58,661 nucleotides of DNA from Mycobacteriales bacterium (GTDB lineage Bacteria; Actinomycetota; Actinomycetes; Mycobacteriales; SCTD01): positions 1 to 58,661 of the forward strand of contig JBBSTI010000003.1 in assembly GCA_038236005.1 (NCBI GenBank), written 5' to 3'. Position numbers and translations under genes: made by a program. Positions within the stretch are counted from its first letter, which is position 1. Every line of letters starts with the position of its first letter. Shown in pieces: positions 51,355-58,661 of the stretch. The notes under the pieces are model-generated. The model had not been told where the DNA came from, made no database searches, and saw only the letters and a program-made list of their open reading frames with translations.

Positions 51355-51723
51355 GTGCCGAGGTTCGGCGATCTTGAGAACGCCGTCATGGACCTGCTCT
51401 GGTCTGCATCGGTCCCGTTGACGGTGCGTGAGGTCAAACAGGCCTTCGCCGACGAGCGACCCCTGGCCTACACCACTTTCCAGACGGTGCTGGACCGGCT
51501 GGCCGGCAAAGGCCTGCTGACGCGCACGCAGCAGGGCAAGGCGAACGGCTACCTCCCGACCTGCACCCGAGCGGATCACACCGCAGCGGTGATGCAGGAG
51601 GCACTGCTCGAGGCCGGGGACGCCCGCGGAGCGCTGCTGCGGTTCGTCGAAAGCATCGACGACGAGCAGCACCAGGCCCTGACCGCGGCACTCGCGCTTC
51701 GCGGCCATCCTCGGGCCGAGTAG
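51355..51723 (+). CDS. blaI: BlaI/MecI/CopY-family repressor
   Basis: GDLE.AVMD.LW and LAYTT..TVLDRL..KG motifs. Confidence 0.9.
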   Translation: MPRFGDLENAVMDLLWSASVPLTVREVKQAFADERPLAYTTFQTVLDRLAGKGLLTRTQQGKANGYLPTCTRADHTAAVMQEALLEAGDARGALLRFVESIDDEQHQALTAALALRGHPRAE

Positions 51724-51726
51724 CCG

Positions 51727-52662
51727 GTGCTCGCCGCCCTGGCCGTGCTCGGCTACACCCTGTCCGTCACGCTCCTGGGCCCCGGGCTGATCGTCCGCCG
51801 GGCCTGGGCGTCGAGCTGGCCACGGCTCGGTCTGGTGATGTGCCAGGCCGTCGCGGCGACCACCGTGAGCGGGCTGATGCTCCTGGCAGCCATGCTGGCC
51901 GTCTCCGTGCAGCACCTGAGATTCGATCTGGGCCATCTGCTGCACGCATGCGCTCTGGCGGTCTCGGACGCGGTGCGGCACCCGGACGGCGTGTCACCCC
52001 TCGCGCTGGGACTGCTCGCCCTCGGCCTGCTCAGCCATGTCGGCCGTACTGCGTTCCGGACGACGTCGGCCAGCCGGGCGTCACGGCGTCGGCACCGCGA
52101 GGGGCTCGCCCTGATCTCGCGTCCTTCCGCCGGCCACGGCTTCGTGCTGGTGCCCTCGTGCGAGCCGTTCGCCTACTGCCTCCCGGGTCGCGGCGGCCAG
52201 ATCATCGTCTCGACAGCGACAACCTCGCTGTTGAGCACCGAGGAGCTCGCGGCGGTGCTCGCCCACGAGCGCGCCCACCTGCACGGCCACCACCATCATC
52301 TGGTCACGTTGACGCAGATCCTGGCCAAGGCACTACCGGTGTCCCCGATCAGGTCGCTCGCCGACGAGGTGGAACACCTGGTCGAGCTGGCTGCGGACGA
52401 CCGCGCCTGCCGCGGCTCAGAGCGCGGCGATCTGCTGTCGGCGCTCGTCCGGTTGTCCGTGGCGCCCCCGCCCGGACCTGCCCTGGCAGCAAGCGGCGGC
52501 TCCACCGTGGCGAGGGCGCTCCGCCTCGCCGCGCCCAGCCCGGAGAATCCCGGCGTGCGCGGCGCCGTGACACTGCTGACGGCAGCAGTCCTCGTCGTGC
52601 TGCCCTGGACGGCCGGGGCAGCCACGGTCTTTCTTGCTGCGGCCGGGCGATGCTCGTCCTGA
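51727..52662 (+). CDS. M56 (BlaR-like) zinc metallopeptidase
   Basis: AYCLPG, HERAH and E.AADD motifs; adjacent to blaI. Confidence 0.88.
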   Translation: MLAALAVLGYTLSVTLLGPGLIVRRAWASSWPRLGLVMCQAVAATTVSGLMLLAAMLAVSVQHLRFDLGHLLHACALAVSDAVRHPDGVSPLALGLLALGLLSHVGRTAFRTTSASRASRRRHREGLALISRPSAGHGFVLVPSCEPFAYCLPGRGGQIIVSTATTSLLSTEELAAVLAHERAHLHGHHHHLVTLTQILAKALPVSPIRSLADEVEHLVELAADDRACRGSERGDLLSALVRLSVAPPPGPALAASGGSTVARALRLAAPSPENPGVRGAVTLLTAAVLVVLPWTAGAATVFLAAAGRCSS

Positions 52663-52692
52663 GGCCTCAGCCGGTGCCCGGGGCCGGACCGT

Positions 52693-53973
52693 TCAGGCGA
52701 TCAGCAGAGCGACAAGAGACCCGAGCAGGACCAGGACGCTGAGGACCAGTGCGGCCCGACGCCCGGCCGACGTCCGGCGCGGCTCGTTGCGCAGCGGGAA
52801 CAGCAGCTGCCGGCCCAGCGTGTAGGAGGCGACGGCGGCGGCCGTCACCGCACCCGCCGGTCGGTCGAGGCCAGCGAGCAGGAGTCCCAGGGCGAGAACG
52901 GCAGCCGCCAGAGCGAGCGCCGCCTCGTAGAGCTGAACCGGCAGCCGACGCACTCCGACTGTCCGATCGGAGGACCACAGCCCGAAGGCCGAGCTGGTGG
53001 GCCGGCCGGCGCAGCAGCCGCCCAACCAGCAGCCGGGTCGCGCGAGAGCCATCGCGAACAGGACACCGGGCGCAGTCTGGTCGATCAGGCGCGCCACCGG
53101 AACGTCTGCAGCGAGGGCAAGCAGGGCCAGGGCGGCGAAGGCTCCGATCAGGAAGCCCTGGATGCACGTTCCTGCCCCGGCGAACTGACGGAGCCTCATC
53201 CGGTGCTGGACCATGTAGTAGGCCTTGGCCGACAGGTAGCCGACCACGGTCGAGGTGACGCCGATGCCGACCGCGGTGCTGACGTCGTCACCGCCACGCC
53301 GTACGAGCAGCGCCTGGACCGTCAGCGCCAGCACGACCCCGAGCAGCACGAGCAGCAGCCAGGCGAACGGGCGGACACCAGGCGCACGGATCAGCGGGTA
53401 GAACCGGCTCGTCATCGACTGCTCCTGCACCTGCTCGTCCGGCGAGGACGGCAGGGGGTCGACCGGTTCGCCCTGGACGTGCCAGGTGCCCTGGGGTAGC
53501 CCAACCACCCGGGTGGAGAGGGCGACGCGGCCCGCTCCGGGGGGCAGGGTGGGCACAGACATCTCTCGGTAGAAGTCGGGCGGCGCCGAGGGTGCGGCAC
53601 CGTCGCGGCGCCCGGTGAACCGGATCTTCGTGGGTGACGGTCCCGGCTCGTCCGGGACCGTCAGCCAGTAGGTCGCCATGAGCCCGTAGAGCAAGGGCCC
53701 CTCTTCCGCACCCTCGCCGACCTCCGTCGCAGGAGAATCCGCCGGCTCTCGGACCGTCGCAGGTCCTGCTGGCGTGGGAGCCGGCACGCCGACGGCCTCA
53801 GCAGGCTCGGCGGCCGGGCCCTGGGAGGGGACCGCTCTGCGCGCCGCCACGCCCGCGGGACGGCCCGTGTGCGTCAGACCCTGGCTGCGCGCCTGCTGGA
53901 GCAGCAGGGCCGTGGCATCCACCTCTGGTGACGCTGTCCGAGCGGGCTTGCGACGGTTCTTGCTTGCAGACAT
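52693..53973 (-). CDS. lgt: Lgt-family prolipoprotein diacylglyceryl transferase with a long N-terminal extension
   Basis: AGGAGG SD; ARPGCWLGGCC.G and PVQLYE motifs. Confidence 0.75.
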   Translation of the reverse strand: MSASKNRRKPARTASPEVDATALLLQQARSQGLTHTGRPAGVAARRAVPSQGPAAEPAEAVGVPAPTPAGPATVREPADSPATEVGEGAEEGPLLYGLMATYWLTVPDEPGPSPTKIRFTGRRDGAAPSAPPDFYREMSVPTLPPGAGRVALSTRVVGLPQGTWHVQGEPVDPLPSSPDEQVQEQSMTSRFYPLIRAPGVRPFAWLLLVLLGVVLALTVQALLVRRGGDDVSTAVGIGVTSTVVGYLSAKAYYMVQHRMRLRQFAGAGTCIQGFLIGAFAALALLALAADVPVARLIDQTAPGVLFAMALARPGCWLGGCCAGRPTSSAFGLWSSDRTVGVRRLPVQLYEAALALAAAVLALGLLLAGLDRPAGAVTAAAVASYTLGRQLLFPLRNEPRRTSAGRRAALVLSVLVLLGSLVALLIA

Positions 53974-54076
53974 TCCTGAGCCTCCTGACATCCCGGCCGC
54001 AGCTTTTCGGGGGGCCGCGGCACCGGGGGACGATGGGCATCGTCGCCGAACGGCACGAAGGAGCAGCGAACGAGCC

Positions 54077-54099
54077 ACCTACTACTTTACGTCGTAGGT
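54077..54099. promoter_or_regulatory. BlaI-type operator upstream of lgt
   Basis: ACCTACTAC-TTTAC-GTCGTAGGT. Confidence 0.75.
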
Positions 54100-54310
54100 A
54101 GCGTCCTGCCAACCCGCCCGGGCTCGAGCCCCGGGTTGGTCCCGCCGGGACCCCTCCTCATCGCTCCGGCGGCGGATCGCGGAGTAGCCGATGCTTCCAT
54201 CCGGAGCCCGTGCGGCGACGCGACCGGGACAGCACCGCTCCTCTCGCAGGCGGTCAGTGGCTCTGGCCCCGTGCCTCACGTCGCCGTTCGCCGACCGCCA
54301 GGCAGCGGCG

Positions 54311-56911
54311 TCAGCGCCGCCCCACGACCTTGCGTGGTTGCCAGGTGACGATCCGGTAGCTGAGGGCCGCCTTGACGGTGGTGAAGGCGATCCCGTCGTA
54401 GACGACCCCGAACGGTGCGACCTGGGTGCCCGCGGGCTTCCTGCCGTTGCCGGCCAGCGTGACCTCGAACTCGGCCACCTCGCCGGGCAGCACGCTGGCA
54501 GCTCCTGCGCGAGAGACGTTGCGGGTCACCGTGCCGCCGCGGTCGGCCGACGGCCACGCAGGTGCGCGCATCGCCCGTGCGTCACCTTCAGCCGCGGACC
54601 GGACGAGGCCGTTGAGCGGCCACTCGCGGCTGCCGGTGTTGCGCACCTGGAAGCGGGTGGTCGCCGTGCCGTTGCTCGGAACGTTGACGCGTGCGGCGGT
54701 GGCGACCAGCTCGCCGGCGATCGGCGGGGCGGCGTTCGGGCCGGTCCTGCCGCCGGAACCGTTGCCTGGCCCGATCACCCGGTAGGCGACGTCGACCGTG
54801 ACGTCGGTGAAAGCGACCGAGTCGAAGACGACACCGAACCGTTCCCGGTAGGAACCGGCCGGCCGGTTGTTGCCCGCAAGGGTGATGTCGAACCGGGCGA
54901 CGTCACCGGGCTCGACCGTCTCCGCACCAGGTCGGGACAGGTTGGCGTCGACCGTGCCGGGGCGGTTCGCCGACAGCCAGCTCGGGCCGTACGAGGGGTT
55001 GCCGGCCGTCAGCGACGTGGACCGGACCAGGCCGCCGACCGGCCAGGCGCGGGTGCCGGTGTTCTGCACGCTGAACGTGGTCTGCACGGCGCCGCCGGAG
55101 GGCACGTCGACCGAACGGGCGGGGGTGGTGACCCGCGCCTTGACCGCCGGGGCCCCGACGATGCGGAACGTCACCGCGGCCTTGACGTCGGTGAAGGACA
55201 CCCCGTCCCAGACCACGCCGAACGTCTCGTTGTAGGTGACCGGTGCCCGGCCGTTGCCGTTGATGCGGATGTCGAGCTGGGCGAGCTCGCCCGGCCCGAT
55301 CGTCGTGGCGCCGGCCCGGCTGACGTTCGCCGCGACGGATCCGGGCCGGTTCGGGTTCAGCCAGCCCTTGGCGCCGGACGGGTCGCCCGGCGAGAGCGAT
55401 GCCGAGCGGACGATCCCGCCGACCGGCCAGGCTCGGCTCCCGGTGTTGCGGACGATCATCCCGGTGAGCGCGGACCCGTCCTGCGGTACGTCGACCTGCG
55501 CCGGGGCTGACACCAAGGTAGCGACGACGTCGGACGCGGAGACCTGGGTCGGGGGAGGCGTGATGACCGGCGGGGGAGTGACCGGCGGGGGCGTCATCGG
55601 CGGCGGAACGACGGGCCCGGGAGCTGCGCCGAGAGCGACGTCGACGGTGCGGCAGTTGAGGCTGCCATCGGTGCCGGGTCCGATGTTCTGCAGGTCGAGA
55701 CAGACCTCGTGCTGGCCGCGCGACAGACCCGGGATCGTCAGCTCGAGGCCGTGGTTGTTCCCGACGGTCGGGTAATAGCTGCCGACGTCCACCCGGGCCT
55801 TGTCGGCGACCACCGTCGGCAGCGCGGTGCCGTCGACGATCGGTCGCACGCTGATCGGTCGGGTCAACGCGTCGGCGTCGAGGCCCCAGCCGGTGACTTT
55901 CACGCCGGCCGACGTCGACTCGATGCTGTCGAAGGCGCCGAACGGCTGGGTGGGGTAGGGGAACAGCCGCTGCCACTCGATCTTGCCGAACACCCCGGTC
56001 TGCGGCAGGTTCTGGCTCGCCTGGAACCGAGCGACGAAGGCCGCCGTGTCGGGGCCGTAATAGCCGTCGACCGGGGTGGCCAGCACCCCGGCCTGGACGA
56101 TCTTGACGACGTCCCCGCTGGAGCCCTTCCGCAGGACCGTGCTCTCGTACGGCGCACGCCTACGGATGTTCTCCGGGCTGGGGGTCGGGACCGGGAGCGG
56201 CCGCGCCCTCGGCCCGTAGTCGACCGGGGCCACCGTTCCGTCCCAGAAGGACGTGGCCTTCTTCGCGCCGTTCCAACCGAACGACATGTGTATGTGTCTG
56301 GTATGCGGGTTGGGTCCGCTGTAAGGCTGCCAGCCCTTCTCGGGCGCGTACGCCTTCCAGATCTTCCGGTTGTAGACCATGTACATGAGCCCGGTGCGGC
56401 GGGCCATGGCGTATTTGTTGCCGTTCTTGTCGGTGGCCAACAGCCACCGGAGCATGGCCTCGGAGTCGGCCAGGTCCTGCGGATCCGTCGAGTCCACCGC
56501 CCAGTCGAACGCCCGGCCTTCCTTGTGCTCGCTCGTGCCACCGATGCCGCAGTCGCGAACGATCCCGAGGCTGCCGGTACGCGGATAGGTCTTGAGGAGC
56601 AGGTCGCGGAAGGCGACTATCCCGGGCTTGGCGCTCGGGCTGCAGGTCGACTGACCGACGAAGGGCTGCAGCGACTCGATACCGACCGGCAGGTTGGACG
56701 GCGTCGAGGGCGCGGGCGGGGCGTCCGTGGCGGCGGGTGCTGACGGCGCGGCCGACGCCCCGCCGACGAACAGTCCGACCGACATGGCGGACGTGGCCAG
56801 CAGGGTGGTGCCCGCCGTCGTCAGCTCGGCGGCTCTCGACCGGAGCCGGGCCGAGCGAACCTCGCCGTCTGTCGCAGTAGTTCGGGCAGTGCTCAAGGGC
56901 GTGCTCGTCAC
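54311..56911 (-). CDS. secreted cell-wall protein: M15-like zinc domain, peptidoglycan-binding domain, Pro linker, three Ig-like repeats
   Basis: GGAG SD; SEH.EGRAFD...HTRHIH; L..GSSG..V..VQ..DG.YGP.T..V..FQ; three NTG.R.WP repeats. Confidence 0.8.
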   Translation of the reverse strand: MTSTPLSTARTTATDGEVRSARLRSRAAELTTAGTTLLATSAMSVGLFVGGASAAPSAPAATDAPPAPSTPSNLPVGIESLQPFVGQSTCSPSAKPGIVAFRDLLLKTYPRTGSLGIVRDCGIGGTSEHKEGRAFDWAVDSTDPQDLADSEAMLRWLLATDKNGNKYAMARRTGLMYMVYNRKIWKAYAPEKGWQPYSGPNPHTRHIHMSFGWNGAKKATSFWDGTVAPVDYGPRARPLPVPTPSPENIRRRAPYESTVLRKGSSGDVVKIVQAGVLATPVDGYYGPDTAAFVARFQASQNLPQTGVFGKIEWQRLFPYPTQPFGAFDSIESTSAGVKVTGWGLDADALTRPISVRPIVDGTALPTVVADKARVDVGSYYPTVGNNHGLELTIPGLSRGQHEVCLDLQNIGPGTDGSLNCRTVDVALGAAPGPVVPPPMTPPPVTPPPVITPPPTQVSASDVVATLVSAPAQVDVPQDGSALTGMIVRNTGSRAWPVGGIVRSASLSPGDPSGAKGWLNPNRPGSVAANVSRAGATTIGPGELAQLDIRINGNGRAPVTYNETFGVVWDGVSFTDVKAAVTFRIVGAPAVKARVTTPARSVDVPSGGAVQTTFSVQNTGTRAWPVGGLVRSTSLTAGNPSYGPSWLSANRPGTVDANLSRPGAETVEPGDVARFDITLAGNNRPAGSYRERFGVVFDSVAFTDVTVDVAYRVIGPGNGSGGRTGPNAAPPIAGELVATAARVNVPSNGTATTRFQVRNTGSREWPLNGLVRSAAEGDARAMRAPAWPSADRGGTVTRNVSRAGAASVLPGEVAEFEVTLAGNGRKPAGTQVAPFGVVYDGIAFTTVKAALSYRIVTWQPRKVVGRR

Positions 56912-57442
56912 GGGCTCTCCGGTGCGGTGTCCTGCAGCCTGAGGCCGCTGTGGGGGTCCTGCAGCTGCGCCTCGCAGCTTGTCGGGTGGTCTCGCCGAGG
57001 TCGTCTCTGGTTGGGGTTCGGCCATAAAGGCCGGCGACTTGAACCCCGCGTCCATGCGTCGGCTCTCGGGCAGTGTGACGCAACAGTCCCAGGATGAACA
57101 GGGGTCCCGGCAGACTCGTGCACCCCACGCGTACCAGCACGCGGGCTCAATCGTGACGAAACGACGGATCGACCGGCGTGTCATGACTTAGTTCGTCCCC
57201 TGACGAGTCGGGGGCTGACCTGGGTCCGACGGCCCAGCTGCACGCGCTGCCGCGCCACACCCTGACCGTCCGTTCGCGCCCTGCCCGGCGCGCCGTCACA
57301 AGCGCGGGGTGCCGCCGGAGCGACCCTCTGGTCCTCAACGACGCGCGCCACGCCCGGGTGCTCGGCGCGGGTGCTCCGAGCGTGAAGAACATCTCCCTCC
57401 ACAGCGGCGGACGCTCGCCCCGCCAACTGACCGGCGAGGCAG

Positions 57443-58147
57443 CTAGCCGGTGGCGCCTGCCCGCGTCAAGGCCTGGACCATGGCGTCATACCCGTTGTCC
57501 CTAGCGTGCTGCAAGGGCGTCACGTTGTCGAGATCAGCGATGCTCGGATCGGCGCCTGCCTCGAGCAGCATGGTGACGATCTGGGTGTGGTCTCGATCTC
57601 CGCCACCTAGAACAATCGCCTCGAGCAGTGCGGTCCAACCGTAGGAGTTGACCCGGTCGATGCGGTCCGTCTCCGCAGTTCCCAGCAGGATCCGAACGAT
57701 GTCGACATTGCCTGCGTCCGACGCGTGGATCAGCCCGGTGCCACCCTGCTGATCGCTCACAAGTGGGTCGGCGCCCTGGTCCAGCAACCATTCCAGGAAG
57801 GACACGTCGCCCGTCGCCGTGACGATCAGGTACGGGTTCTGTCCGCTGGCATCGGGAGCGTCGATGTCTGCGCCTGCGGCCGCCAAGCGCTTGGCGCGCT
57901 CGAGGTCACCCGCTCGTGCGGCATCGAGGAGCCGACCGTCCGCAAGGGCTGTCGGGGCCGCCCGCATGGTGGCCGGGCTCGACGGCTGGACAGGGCTCGT
58001 CGACGGACCTGCCGCCGGCGTCGTCCGTTCGCTGACACCGCACGCCGCCGCACCCAGCAACAGGGGCACGAGGACGACTGCGCTGGCACGCTCCGGTCGG
58101 GTCGCCCCCTTCGCAGGAGCCGGCCGGGCCCACGGCGACGCATCCAT
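57443..58147 (-). CDS. ankyrin-repeat putative lipoprotein
   Basis: LLGAAAC; ankyrin repeats GWTALLEA..G and LLEAGADP...TPLQHA. Confidence 0.85.
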   Translation of the reverse strand: MDASPWARPAPAKGATRPERASAVVLVPLLLGAAACGVSERTTPAAGPSTSPVQPSSPATMRAAPTALADGRLLDAARAGDLERAKRLAAAGADIDAPDASGQNPYLIVTATGDVSFLEWLLDQGADPLVSDQQGGTGLIHASDAGNVDIVRILLGTAETDRIDRVNSYGWTALLEAIVLGGGDRDHTQIVTMLLEAGADPSIADLDNVTPLQHARDNGYDAMVQALTRAGATG

Positions 58148-58562
58148 CTGCCGAGCATAAATGTCTGGCGTCGTCTGATCCCAGGGAACGACGCCGTGGC
58201 TACGTCCGGAGTCAGTCGCCAGTCTGGTTTGCGCGTCTGCGCGTCTGCGTGGCGCCTGCGCGCCTGACGGCTGGCCCGGGCGAGACAGATCACGACCATG
58301 AGCAACCCAGAACGAGCGGTGATCTGCGTCGTGGGGCGCCGAGGCTCGAGCTCTCGGCTACCTGGGCGTCTACGTCGTGCGTCACACACCCGTGCTCGCC
58401 CCGACCACCGGGATCGAGCCACCGTGAAGCGTCACCCCTGCTCAGAGGGGGTCTTGGCACACGCTTCGTGGGTCGCCGTCGACGTCGTGAGCCAAAAGAC
58501 GCCCCGTACGCCCCTCAGGTATGGCACAGTTCTGTCACCAGTTCGACATACATGCCGCCGGA

Positions 58563-58661
58563 ACGCCGAGTCCCGCCCCCGGACGGCATGCCCTTGACCT
58601 TGAGGGCGGGAGCGGGGGACCCACAGGTTCCTCGGGCAGGCCGTCAGGGCTGCCCTCGGGG
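58563..58661 (+). ncRNA. c-di-AMP (ydaO/yuaA) riboswitch, 5' part, cut by the window edge
   Basis: ACGCCGAGTCCCGCCC...GGGCGGGAGCGGGGGACCCA...CTCGGGG matches the actinobacterial pattern, including the TCCCGCCC/GGGCGGGA stem. Confidence 0.75.

Noticed and set aside
57147-57426. Small ORFs between the ankyrin and cell-wall genes
   Set aside because: No SD or motif support.

Overview
High-GC actinobacterial accessory region with four blocks. (1) 0.5-13.4 kb: stand-alone cytochrome b, HMA protein, CPD-type P1B ATPase, EamA transporter, P3A H+-efflux ATPase and an ABC exporter. (2) 14-34.7 kb: phosphoketolase, class I aldolase, HAD-GH65 fusion, APC permease, cupredoxin-P1B-YHS ATPase, two PRC-barrel genes, ABC1 kinase and zwf, with DosR/DevR-like boxes. 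(3) 34.8-46.3 kb: CsoR operator, disrupted csoR, copZ-copA, TlpA-CcdA, and a full System I ccmA-H operon ending in a cupredoxin. (4) 46.4-58.6 kb: lnt, lgt, BlaI/M56 with operators, cell-wall proteins and the 5' half of a c-di-AMP riboswitch. The main observation is an unannotated ~120-nt element in five copies (903, 9862, 10121, 22728, 32364). Four copies start just after a TANNNT -10 box and end in AAGG-N6-7-ATG. The element folds into a multi-stem structure with compensatory changes and usually has a hairpin over the AAGG. In two copies the ATG opens a short leader ORF that overlaps the start of the transporter gene. I do not recognise it as a known RNA family, so it is a riboswitch-like candidate. 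All assignments come from reading the sequence; no searches were run.
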